A stretch of 64,000 bases of DNA, taken from positions 1,984,001-2,048,000 of the forward strand of contig OZ374560.1 of the NCBI GenBank assembly GCA_977862235.1. The letters run 5' to 3'. The stretch comes from Dudresnaya verticillata. Taxonomy: Eukaryota. The stretch's first letter is position 1. Each line of letters opens with the position of its first letter. The notes beneath the pieces were generated by a model. It was not told where the DNA came from, did no database searches, and worked only from the letters and a program-made list of their open reading frames with translations. The position numbers and the translations under genes were made by a program. Shown here piece after piece: positions 34,368-46,931 of the stretch.

Positions 34368-36324
34368 TATTGTCGACAAGGGGCGGCAACCTTGAAGATG
34401 GCCACCAGCTTCCTACTATAATTGTGGCAATGCCCTAAAATGATAAGTAGAAAATTGTTCGACGCCACACGGCCAAACAACTTGTGTGTGGTTCTGGGGC
34501 TAAACTTTAGGCCATGTGGGCTTTGGTTTTGGTGTTCTCGATGCGATAAACTGCAACTAGCATGCGCGCATTGACTTGAGCGGGCGTTTCATTGTGAGCG
34601 AACCCACTTGCAGATAATCGTCATCAGTAACTACGGTGTACTATTCTGACTCAGCGAGGTCCGGTTTTAACAGTCTATGTCTACAAGAGATAAGAATCCC
34701 GTACCAGTATTAACTCTATTAATCTGAAATTTAGAGGCCCCATAAGGGGCGTGGCAAGGACCGGGCTCTCTAAAGGCGACGGTCGACCAAGTTACGCTGT
34801 TTAACAGCCACTGTGACGCATTTAGAACTAACGATGCGAGTAAGCACGAGAGTAAGCTGGGGCAACGTCTCGGCAGTGGGGGGAGGTTTTCTTCCCAGTA
34901 AGGACTATTGTTTTACATATTGATTAAAACCCTGGCGGACACCAAGGGCCTATTTAGAGACACGCTGATACTGTACCATGCACGATGATATCCAACCTGA
35001 GGGGGGAGGCGGGGAAAGATATTGCGAGGTCAGGGCGGCGGGAAGTGTGCATTGCGACTGTTGGAAAAAGTCGAATCATTCCGTTATGATACAAGAAGTA
35101 TATGTACAGCCGTTATTTGGCCGGTAGTACATGCGTATTTGCCGCTCACCTCTAAGGTGTATACAGTATTTTTTTTGAGTCTTTCCAAACATGTCAGTTG
35201 AGTCCCCCCGGGACCTTTGCTCGGCCTAGGGAGAGTAAAGTGATGTTTTCCACGTCAAATACGGCATATTCATTCTCTACAAGTTTAGTCGGAATCATCG
35301 AATATTGCAACAGTTCCGACATGCATATCCATGTAAGGTTGCTATCGTTGTTTCTGACAGTTTCAAGGCTACGTATAATCTGGCAACGAAGAAAGTTTTC
35401 TGTTATATTCGACAAAAGGCATTGGCACGTCGCCGTCTAGCGAGAAGGTCTCCCTTGTCACCCGCCTTAGCTATTTGGTATTACAGTATGTCGGGTATGT
35501 GGCGGATTCTGTTAAAAGGTGCACGCTTGTTGGCCGCCGCGTTAGCAACAGTGCGTATATAGAGTGCCCTTGAGGCACTTACTCGGAGGTTTGCTGTTCT
35601 AATCCATGTCACGTATGCTACTCTACTGACTGAATAGTTTTGTCTAGTGTCTTGTAAGAGCATGTCTATCCGTAGTGATAAATTGTATTTCTGAAAATAT
35701 AGCTTGAGAAATAATACAATATCTATCCGTGTGGTTATCTGCAGCTTTGCGGTCCCATGAGTTAATAATAATCTATATGTAAAAATAGTCTGATCTCCTA
35801 CAAATTCCGCTAGCCGGGTCCCGACTCGATGGGCAACAGAGCGCAGGTCGCAATGAGAGTCGTTCACCTATGACAGCAGCATCGTATCAAATCAATTGTG
35901 GCTGCGTTTATTTTCTAAAACCATCGCTGACTTCATCATTGATATGGTACAGAAAGAGGATACACACGTCAGAACGCTATCCACGTTGTTCTGCTGTGTT
36001 TGGAGAGAAGAAATTAACAAAAACTCGGGGGCTTCGAGCAAGGCGAAAAGGCCCCTCTTTGCCTCTTTGCCTCTTCAAGACGAACGCCTCGGCTCACCAT
36101 CACACTTTGCGTTCTTCAGTACGCAGAGGGAATGCTTTGCAAATCTATTCCCTACGGCCGGGCGGGGCGCGTTGGTTTCTTGAGATTAACGCTGGCTTGC
36201 AGAGGAGAGAGATCACGTCACCATCTCATGAAGCATCACTGCACAGATAAACCGAGCATCGCAGGGGGTGATGAGCCATGCCAACGTTTCATCGTTTCAT
36301 CACTGGCAGACCTGTCCTTCCCGC

Positions 36325-36642
36325 TTAGTTGGTACAATAACCAGAGCACGTCCTCCGTCGAGAAGAATAGAAGCAGCTGAACGGTCCCAAGTTGGAATCG
36401 TTCCACCCTCCCTTAAGGCAGCATCTGCGTTTCCCAAATATACTCGTCTGGTACTCGAAACACGCCGGCCTGCCATTGTCTCTGCGTGTCTTGGTCTTGG
36501 TGCCGCTGCCAAATACCTTCCTTATCTCGATCTTGGCCTTCTGCCCGGCTGCGCAGCAGTGACGACTGCCCACGGACGCTTGGGCCAGCACCAGTTGGAC
36601 GACCACCACGAGTACAATTGCCACAGCTTTCATTGCCGCCAT
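36325..36642 (-). CDS. Small secreted cationic Cys-rich protein (105 aa)
   Basis: Signal peptide KAVAIVLVVVVQLVLAQA; 8 Cys including two CC pairs; K/R rich; TATAAA on the minus strand near 36803-36808. Confidence 0.65.
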   Translation of the reverse strand: MAAMKAVAIVLVVVVQLVLAQASVGSRHCCAAGQKAKIEIRKVFGSGTKTKTRRDNGRPACFEYQTSIFGKRRCCLKGGWNDSNLGPFSCFYSSRRRTCSGYCTN

Positions 36643-39600
36643 TTTGGCAAGGAGACTGTGAACAAGCGCCGCTTGCGTTTGGTACTACTGTTGAAACGGG
36701 CTGGGCGACCTTCAGAACCGTGACAGTGCCTGCACTTTTTTGCTTTGGGAAATATCAGGGCCTTCGGAAGTGAGAATATAAGATGCTTGTGCTTGCCTTT
36801 TGTTTATATTCACCTCACTAGCGCAGCGACCTCGTTGTATTGCCTCCGTATCTCATGTGAGGGCGAGTCGACATAGTGTAGGAATATCACAGCCAGCACT
36901 TGGCAAAAGAGTGGAGCAGCATGAAATGGAAAAACTGAAGCCACTCCTGTGTATCGAAAGTTGGTGGCGGGTTGCGGCGCACGCGCGATTGCACTCATAT
37001 ATTAATTGCGAAGCGCTGTGACAGCGCGTAGAGTAAGTGCTTGAAAAGTTTGGTTGACGAGTCCTGGACTTATATGAGGAACGCGCACTTCGAGAAATGC
37101 GAAACTTGCGCATCGCTGTTGGTAGCTACAACCTATTGCGGTTGCAAATCACGAAGCACCAATGAAGTACAACCTTTATTCAAAACTGGTGATTAACCGT
37201 GTCCGAGTGTTGCAATCGAGAGCGTATAACGCAGGCGGGGAGATAGTTTGCGAGCATTTTCGCCAACCGCAACGCGCGGTAGAACCACCGTAGTCAGGGC
37301 ATTTCGGGAGTAACGATGCACAAAACGTGCACTGCAGCATCCTCTTTGACAGCACGGAAGGAACATATATGTCACCACATAAACTTTTAGAACCCAGCAA
37401 AGCCGATCTACCTTCGAAGGCAGAATACAAATTTACTCATGCCGATGGTGTGTCAAGATCGCAAGGCACTAGACGGTCTCCGCAGACATGAAGAAGATCT
37501 CAGCACGTAATACAGCAAACTTGGTACGTACACCTGACGTGACATCCTGTCATGCGCTATTTCGGGAGGACACCCCGGCGCTGCTGAACTGCACGCAAAA
37601 AAAGACGCCTGCCTTATATCCGACATTAGCAGCCCCTCTGAAATCTTTCCAACTGTCGACTCTTCATGCACATTAGGTAGGCCGACCCCGTTCAGACCGC
37701 AAAGAAGGGAACCAGAATCAGGTTTGTAAACTGCCTCATATCTTCCACGCAGTGTTGCAATACTGGCATCTGGCGGCGTATGCTGTTACACAATGCCCAT
37801 ATCGCCACCGTTGTCCACACCATCGACACTATCTGGCCCATCGGCTATGCATCACATTTCCCCTCTCCCAGCTATATAGTATGATCCCTCTATCATGGAA
37901 TGCAGTGTTGGCTCGCAGGCCTCTGCTGCCAAAGTCGGCGCTCTCTAAATCGTTCCCGGTTCAACACTGGTAGTGTTTATCGCGTGGTGTAAAGCCTGTA
38001 GGGAAATGAAAAGTTACTACTAAATATAGGGAACTGTGCCGATCGTTCCACGGTTTATCGATCGTAAGCTATCAACGATAACTTCTTCGATACTCTGTTA
38101 TATATATCTTGTGAGCAATTCCGGTATGCCATCAGGATCAATACGCTCAAGCTTACGAGAACAGGACCAACGCAGAAAGTTCGAGGCCTGCATAGAAAGA
38201 CACTAGCAGTCCTACAGCCACCAACCTTCGGTGCCAATTTCCGTCCTTTCTCGCACTCACCCGCTCCTTTTCTCACAGATTTTAAGTTCACAAGTTACCG
38301 TCCGTTCTTGTCACAGACCTGGCAAAACAATGCAAAATGCACTTTCTTTGCATTACTCTTTTCTCAATGAAGTCAGTCCTTTAGAATAAAGGATACGTTT
38401 CCTTTTCATCACTACTAGTGTCCTTCTCTTTGGAGTTCTGATAGTTTTCCTTTTTGATGTTAAGTTTTGGTTTGGGACTTTTCTGAATCCCAGTAGGGTA
38501 CGATGAGCGATGTTCATACAATGCATGTCTGTAAATGAAGCCTTTGGATTAATTTTCATTTTCCTTTCAACCTTATGGCAATGGCCATTCGAAGTTTGGT
38601 CTAAGCGGATAGCGCGCAAGAATGATTTACGCATCTAAATACAGGCTTCGGTTTCAGATGAAGAGATCTGATAAAGGTCCCATGCTAGAGCAACAGCAGC
38701 GGTGCTTCTAAAGGACATGACAGACGACTGGTCCGTAGCAAATGGCCACTCAGTCAGGGGAGCGTCCAGGAGCCCGCGTGAAAACGGAGTTCCCGATATA
38801 CACCCACTTGCAATGGAGAGCTAAGCATGAGGTAAGTAGATAGATATATATACATGTATATATATGCCTTTTATAGATACTAGATGTGCATTCTTCTTCT
38901 AACCATCACTGGATACTGGGAGCTGTTGTCCATTTCATCCGTTCCCAGGAATCCTCTGTCCAGCCCTGCAGTGCTCATCTGCTTTGCTTTACAGCTTAGT
39001 ACGCCATGCCGTCTTCTTCGTCTCGAATCAGCAGGCTTCCCAACTGTCGTTTGGACCGCCCAGGCTGCCCTCCGGGCGTCTGAAAGATCCTAGAAGTATC
39101 GCTGCCTCAGCCAGCAGCTTCTCCACAAACGGTACGCGAGCGTCAGCTTCATAAACTTTCCGCGGCACATTGGAGTCGAGATCTCCAAGGAAGGCGAACA
39201 GCACCTGTTTGTATCACCGTGCATTTTCTGTTGCCCTGGCCTTGGAGCTCGTCTCTTCAGCCAACGGCCAGTTCGCAATCTCGTGGCAGCCTAAGACTTT
39301 CCTGATACTGGTGTGTACACACACGTGTACGCACATAGGCCCACGAGACTGACGCGAACGAACCTTAGAAAACCTCTGAAAAGACTTTCAAGCTTGACCG
39401 CCTCGTGCTCTCCACTTCTTGACGTGAACGGGTGAAGCTTTCGCATTATCGGCGTGTGCGTGGAAGCCTAGGCATGGATTTGCATGCTATGGTTACTGAT
39501 GTATGCGGCCATATTGGGGTCGGTTTTGACCCGATATTCAGCGTATCGCTCATTATATTGCTGTTAAGAAAGGGACCTCCCCCATCGCTGAGAAGCTTGC

Positions 39601-40216
39601 TCTATTAACGTCTTTTACTACGCTCTTTCTTCAATGCGTTTCAGTTAGCGTAAATCGCCGCAACCTCTCCCCTCCTCCTGCAATGTGTCACGGTAGTTAG
39701 ACCCTTTCCCAGGGTTGCTTTTCGAGATTAGGATAAAGGTTGTGTTCCCCTTCTTGATCAACGACTTTCCAAACTACACCAGAAACATTAGAACTGAGCA
39801 TATGATCACGAGTTCAACGCTCTGCTCTGGTATGTACGTCAGAATTTCCGGGTTGCAATTCCACTGGGTGATTTGTTGTCGATGAGGATGCGCTACCTTC
39901 ACCACTAGACCAGTATCCTGGTTTTTGGAAATCTTTATATGTTGAGAGATGGGCGCCCAAACAATTGTATAACGCAGTGGGGCGTAGGTATCGAAATTTA
40001 CTCTTCGTTGCGATAAAGTACCGGTGATTGACTTTGGAGGTTCGCGATTTTGAGTCGTGAACCCCGAAGTAGCTAAACACATCTATCATTTTTGTGCCGT
40101 ATCAATGGAAATCGTTAAGTTGCGGGCATTGGCGTTTTCATGTCGCTTTACTGACGGTACCAAACTCTATACAGCACCGAAGCTACTGGAAATGGCCAGT
40201 GCTGGGTCTATTTATT

Positions 40217-40648
40217 CTACGAAGCAATTTGGACAATCTTGGCACCCTTGCAGCACTTAGTCACAACATTCTCCCCACAAGCACGTCTCTGATCGAACGG
40301 AACTTCGTCACAATCTCTCTCGCTGGCACGCAAGCATGCCTTGGCAGCCTTGCTAGCGGCACGGCCGAGCGATTTCTTGACACATCTCAAGGACTTCCTG
40401 TATACGATCCTGCCACAATCCCCAACGTCAACGGTTACGAGGAATGAGAAAACAGCAAAGCCTTTCTTACCTCGGCACGGCGACTTCTTTTTGTTCTCCG
40501 AGAAAAGGATTTTTGTGAGGGAGCACTCCGGTGCCCCTTGCCTGGAAAATATGTTGACTGCGGTCTCAGGCGTTGCCGCGCAGTTGGCGACGGATGAAAT
40601 GGCCAGAATGAAAGACAAGACGAAGACAGAGGTTTGGAGGAAAGTCAT
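40217..40648 (-). CDS. Small secreted cationic Cys-rich protein (143 aa)
   Basis: Signal peptide TSVFVLSFILAISSVANCA; 9 Cys after the signal region; Lys rich; CTATATAA on the minus strand near 40763-40770. Confidence 0.75.
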   Translation of the reverse strand: MTFLQTSVFVLSFILAISSVANCAATPETAVNIFSRQGAPECSLTKILFSENKKKSPCRGKKGFAVFSFLVTVDVGDCGRIVYRKSLRCVKKSLGRAASKAAKACLRASERDCDEVPFDQRRACGENVVTKCCKGAKIVQIAS

Positions 40649-43600
40649 CTTTTGGCCTTAAGTTGTGAACTGGATTATCCGGTTGCGAAAAGAGTTGATT
40701 AGAATAGATCGGTGTTTTTCTCTGGTACAGCAAGAGGGGGAAGTCTCCTGGGTGCTCTCTACTTATATAGTATGGATCAAGTGCTTTTGATAATCGCGGG
40801 AATTGGGAATACTCGCTATGGTTTGAGGAGTAGCCCCAGCTTCCTGTTGTATATATTGTGGAGCGAGCTTAAAGTACGATTTGTGGCAAACCGCCACCAC
40901 CGAAGAAAGAATACGACTCATCCGGGCCACACGCTTGGGTAAAGAGGGCAATACAACGAAGCACCAGTGTTAATCCAGGTTGCTAGCACCGTTCCTATAT
41001 ATCAGAACAAAGCTAATGATCTCGCTTCTCAGGAGGATCCACAGATTCATTAGTTGCCGTGCAATTGTACTAGTTAAGCGAAATAGACCAGTACTCCGAT
41101 GGACCTCAGTGGGATTCCGGCAGCCACAACGTGCTGGAAAAGAGCTACTACGCTTTCCTCTAGGCCTCGCATGCCACGATAGCTAGCAAGCAGGGCGCTT
41201 CGAACTCAGCCCAATAACTATGCATTGTTGGATAATACGAACAATAGAGCCATATATTGTTTTGATGTATTCTGCTATTCTCCTTTCCAAAAGGCAGCGC
41301 TGCATGTGATGTTTGATTTCTGATGACATTTTTGGCTTTCACACGAAGCAGTTAGTTACATTTAACGAGCACAGAGGATAACTATGTAAATAGACAACAT
41401 AGCTAGCACTCATCTATGCCATAACATTATTCGGGTGTACGGACAGTTTGTTGTTGACCTCGCGCCTATCGACGTACAGAGCAGAAAGGGAATCCTTGAT
41501 TTTGATCAACGTTTCACCGGACTTGACCACGAATATTGCCAAGCCCTGAGAGAAGAAGGATTTGCTCAGACCATAAGAACCTATTCACTCTACAATGGCA
41601 CGAAAAAGCGTCAGACAATTAACATAACTCGCCCACATGTTCGTGGCCGAGATGAACCACACATTAATAGGTGCGGAGACATCCTTGTTGACATACATCG
41701 TCAGCAACAATGCCAAATCAATTTCTTTGCTCTCATCAATGGGCAACACGGGAGGTTCCATTCTCTGAGCGAAGCAAACATGAAAATGAGACTAAGACTA
41801 AAGCGCTCTAATTTTTCCTATCAAGACGATAAGTAACGAATTCAAATCAACGAGGGGGAGTCGTCGTTGCTCGTCGTACCTCTGAATGTCTTTTTCAGCC
41901 CCTCCATATTTCGGAAAAGAGCACAAACAGCCAACACAGAGAGGCTCAACATTATCTCGGGAACACGTGTAAGGTGCTGATAATGCAATCGAAGTCTTGT
42001 AATAAAGTACAGCATAGTTTAAAAGAACGTTTATTCACTTCATTTGCATGCGAAACACAGAAATAGATCCATAGAATGTATTGGAATGCTACTTCCATAT
42101 TCCAATGTTCCATGTTGGGCGGTTGTAATAAACAACTAGACTTTCGATGCTAAAAACGTCCTGAATATAATTTGCTACGAGTATGAGAGAGAGATATTTA
42201 CTTTATTCAGCGAGATGGTAGTGGGGGCTTAGCAAAAAGATCAGGGCCTAGAGGACAGTCAACCAGCTTACGCCGATTAACAGCCACAATAATGCACTGG
42301 AGAACTAATGAAGTGAGACGAGTGAGGAGGGACAATTTCTCAGCAATAGGGGATGTCCTTCTTCACGGCTAAGAATGTGGCCACACGCTGCTCGCCACGA
42401 TCGAAACCTGAACCAATAGCACCGTAGATCTCAATCACCATAGGATGGAGAATAATGTTGTTCGTTGCGCACAACGGCGATAATGCCCTTTTTCTCCTCT
42501 TCGCGGAGATGGATTGCATGGTGCTGAACAGGATGACTAGAAATTGTATGGGGTGCGACAACGGAGGCGTTGAATGCCTGAGGCTTGGGGGAAAGCCCAG
42601 GATCATCAAAATACACGTCCATACCAAGTTGGTTGCAACGGAGACGTTTCTTCACGCAGGAGCTGGCCAGAGTCACGGCGACGCTCGGATGCGGAAAGGG
42701 CGGAGCGGGTCGGGTCAGCAGCGAGACCACCGTTTTCCTCAACGTAGGTAAAGAGGCGTTCCACTTGAACCTTAATGCCATGATTGCGTGCCTCATTGTA
42801 TAGAAGGGCGGCAAATGCATTCCGTAAAATTATTGTGACGTCGAATAGATCCATCACGCAACCGACAAATTGTAGCATTGTGACCAAAGATGTCGAGGAA
42901 CCTTCGATAACAGAGCAACAAAATTTTCAAACTTCGAATTGGGTGCCAGCTGAGACTATTCAAAGATTTTCTTGTCTTGCTATTAGATGACAAGACACGC
43001 TTCCAATGATTCCCAACACGAAAGTCTTGGATTCGCTTCAAGGGGAAGGCGTAGTGCCTTTTTGTTCGCACTTAGATTACAACGTTCAAAGAAAATAGTA
43101 GTTCTAATGTAGGTACACCAGTTGCATGCAAGAAATGGATGGCGTACCATGTTTCATGGCGTCTTGTAGAGTACTGTTTTAAAAAGACCTTATCGAGGCA
43201 TTGATCAACGAAGTGTCTGTACCATGACTTAGGCCATCCTGGTCCTCTACAGCGCTCAAACAACTTTCTTCGAATATTTTGCTTCTTTCTTTATCCTTAT
43301 TGCATTAAGTTAAATGTATCCTTTGTCGGTACAATCGCTGACCTTACATCATTGGATGGCATATCATGCATCCATCCCGCAAAGCCCATGTTCTGTTCAT
43401 AACCCAATATGGCTACCAAAGCTGTCCTTTTCCAATATTCTCATCAAGAGAGCGGACTAATCGATACAATACGTATCTGTGCAATTGGAATTCAACTCTA
43501 CCCCATGGATATCGAAAGTTACTGTTTAGTTAGATGCGATTGAGACAAAAATGATGAATATTCATCTCTTCAACAAATGAATGCAGCCTTCAGATATTTC

Positions 43601-44185
43601 CGCTAGCAGTTACGTTGCGCACGTGTGTAACTGTCACACGCAAAAACCGAGTGATGCGAGGCAAATGTGGACGATTTATGAGTTTTGAGGTTGCAAGGTT
43701 TGAGAATGCCGTCTTCGGTGTGGCAGTCGAGGCATGTGACTCAAGAGCCCTGGCAAACATGCCTGATAGGGGGCAGACTTCCTGTCACCTCTTAGGGTAG
43801 ACCAGTCTTCAGCCTGGAACTCTGGTGGTATCCGTTTCAAAGGCACCTAATTTCCCGCTCCAAGAGAAGGCAATGCATTTGTCGGTTATCTTTGAGCAGC
43901 TCTTACTGCTTTACTTTCTCGGCAAGAACAACATCAACTTTTGATAGAAACTGCTGTCGGTTTCAACAGTATTCTACTGGCTTTTGCTCATATTTCTTCT
44001 CTTGATGATGCTAAGAACAGTTCTCTGTAAAGTTGTTAAGAGCCTTTGTTCAGTTTGCTACCAAAACTTTGGCGGAAGAACTAGCGGAGTCCTCTAAAAA
44101 TAACAATTGTTGCTGCGGCTAAACCGTCGACAACTCGTGGACAGCGAGGCTCGAAAGACAACCAGATACGGAATATAAGGAAATC

Positions 44186-44560
44186 TCAGGTGCGGCAAGC
44201 GGAAGACCCTATGAGATGTAACGTGTTACATGACGATAGAGAGAGTCGTGAACCAGTTTGCATAGGCAGACATTGAGAGAGTTTTCTTGATTGTGACAGT
44301 GAATTTTTGCCAGATATCACCGGAAGTAGGCGGAACTGATCGGATGTCTTTTCCGGCAAATGGGACGTCTTCTGGAGCCCGGAGCAAATCATTTGCTGCA
44401 TGGAATGCGCGTAACGCATGACGAACAGCAAAGCGCAAAGTTGCGTTAAGTTGGCAATTGGTAGGTTCACGTTAGTGCGCTGTAGACAATATATTGAGGT
44501 CGATGTGGCCTATCGCAGCGATATAGAGCAAAAATAAGCCTCTATTGCGCCCTGGGTGAC
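44186..44560 (-). pseudogene. Relic of a PIF1-type (Helitron-like) helicase
   Basis: RHALRAFHAANDLLRAPEDVPFAGK then, frameshifted, DQFRLLPVISG, resembling PFGGK...GDFRQ.LPVI; STAH and LPI just upstream. Confidence 0.45.
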
Positions 44561-45108
44561 ATGGGCAGACCCATCTTCCGCCAAGCGACTTTTCGCTCTG
44601 TCCGTCTGCCACCTGCCGCGGAACAGTTTTTCTGTGCTAAGGTCCCCCCAAGATTCGGCCTATCCAAGCCGGACAGCGCCGGGTGTAATATGAGTCATAA
44701 TAACATATGACTCATTTCTGTCTGCTCTAGTAATGTTAGTAGGAAAGTTTCTGCTGACTCGCGACTTCAGATAGGCTCGACCCATTCAAAACCGATGTGC
44801 TTCCGGAATGCTGCTTGTGCCCAAATCCAACAACCAGGCAACAGCACTTACTGTCTTACTCTGCCTAATAGGCCGGCCACCCTTCTCTGTTCGTTCTGGA
44901 CAAGATTACCGAGGCCGTACTTTAGCACGTATTTCATCCTTGCTGGGTTCGACAGCACCCGGTGATTGGTACCTACAGCAGACTTGTCAACAAGCAAAAT
45001 GACACTGTGATAAGGCCGTACCCAAAGCATCTCCGACTGCATCAGCTAGTTTTCTTGATGTCGGTGTTTGAGATAGCAGTCCTCAGAAGCGACCTCGCTG
45101 TCTCTTGT

Positions 45109-45249
<141 letters not shown>

Positions 45250-45974
45250 AACTTCCGAAGATAAGGAAATGTCAAAGAAGACCAGTCACTGAGTGGCCTT
45301 GGCGTCACGAAAGTTGCACGACGCGTTTCTCTTGTGGTGCACGATTTTCGCCACTGTAACCTCTACTTGGAACTGAGTTTCAATCACTTCTCTCTCTCTT
45401 TCTGTCAACACGTCTTCGCCAAAGGGCCCCTGCGACAAAAAAAAATCGAAAGAGAGTTGCCTCACGCGCTATACGGAGCAGCGGAACAGCAATATTCGTG
45501 CCCTGGGCTTCTCCAATCATTGAATCAAATCGCACAGGTACCGACCACCGACAGCCGACACCAATGGGTTTCCCCGTTCGACACCGATGACGTGCAATAT
45601 CATTACGACAACCGTGAACAACAGAACTGACAAGGACTATGAAGGACTTCTACTGCCAGCAACTTATCCCCGCAATTATCTTTGAAGCAGTAAAATATGC
45701 CTGAGCTCTACAGCCCAAGATGATGTTTCCTTCCTTGTCTTGCTGTTCCTGTTTTATCGATGGAGGCACAGGCTGAATCTGGGCTATCGCATGTCTGGTC
45801 GACGTGTTTACTCGTTGCAGTCCCTCAGCCATGTTAGAACGCCATCAGAACACTACCGTCTTCCTGCAACTACAAGAGCCCCCGCTGTAACTTTGCAACT
45901 CAAGAGGATTCTCTGTCTTCGCGCAGTCATCGTGCAAGCTCAATTAGCACAGCAACCTAACTTGTACGAGTACC

Positions 45975-46931
45975 ATGGCTTGTGCCAAGGCGATATTCTT
46001 GACGGTCCTCTTCGTCCTTCTTTGCAACAAGCCCGCGTCCGGCGCCCGATGTGGTGAGTTTTGTGCTTTCCGGACATGTATCTCAGACGGTCAGGGCACC
46101 TTGTCGCCAAAGGGCCCATTTCTGATCCTGAGGGATGCTGAAGTGGCGACTTTACCGTTCGTGTGTCGCAAGGTCGTGGAGAGTCCACCATCCCAAGCAA
46201 TGGACCAACGCGTTAAGATAGTCAAGTCGAAACCGGCATTGGTGCTGCCCGTGGACAGAATTGGTGCTCCGTTGAGAAAATACAAACCTATCTCTAAGTA
46301 TCGCCCTAGAGGTCTTAAGAAGCGCTTCAAAAAGAACTTCTTCCAGCTTCGAGAGCTGGATAGGTTTCCACCTGTCCCTGGCGAAGTGGGTCTCTCACGG
46401 GAAGAAACGACAGGAAACCAGTTTGGCTTTTTGAACAATTTGTGCGTTGTAGTTCCCGTTACTTCGTATGACCTTCTGAATGAAGACGGCACTGTGGACA
46501 AGAGGGTAAAACGTTCGAAGAAAGGGGAGGATTGCGTTTCTTACCGAGTGATTACGGCGAAAATCCTTGTCGAGCTTACGTGGGACAGCCCAGATGATCT
46601 AGATATTACTGTCGAGGAGCCTAACGGCGAGGTTATATCTTTCCGCAATCGGGAAAGTTCCACTGGTGGTAAGCTGATTCGGGATCAAAACGTTGAAGTG
46701 TGCACAGTTGATCCAGACGGAAGGGAACAGATTAGATGGCTCGACAACAGCAGTAACCCTGACCCAGGAGAGTATAAGGTCACTGTTCGGCATTTTAAGA
46801 GCTGTGGGAGGAGGACAGTTTGGAGTCTAGCCGTTGTTATTGACGGAGAGGTTGTGCTCTTCCAGGACGGGGTTTCCAAGAGAGGAAAGAACAAGAAATT
46901 GACGGAGAACACATTCACGTTCTCCGGGTGA
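45975..46931 (+). CDS. Secreted protein, Cys-rich N-domain plus YfaP/DUF2135-like C-domain (paralog 2, 318 aa)
   Basis: Signal peptide AIFLTVLFVLLC; CGEFCAFRTC, PFVCRK, GNQ, DCVSY, LTWDSPDDLDITVEEPNG, GGKLIRD, GREQIRW, PGEYKVTVRHF. Confidence 0.9.
   Translation: MACAKAIFLTVLFVLLCNKPASGARCGEFCAFRTCISDGQGTLSPKGPFLILRDAEVATLPFVCRKVVESPPSQAMDQRVKIVKSKPALVLPVDRIGAPLRKYKPISKYRPRGLKKRFKKNFFQLRELDRFPPVPGEVGLSREETTGNQFGFLNNLCVVVPVTSYDLLNEDGTVDKRVKRSKKGEDCVSYRVITAKILVELTWDSPDDLDITVEEPNGEVISFRNRESSTGGKLIRDQNVEVCTVDPDGREQIRWLDNSSNPDPGEYKVTVRHFKSCGRRTVWSLAVVIDGEVVLFQDGVSKRGKNKKLTENTFTFSG

Noticed and set aside
34600..35870. Possible decayed LTR and PPT near 35200
   Set aside because: No partner repeat, termini or protein motif could be confirmed
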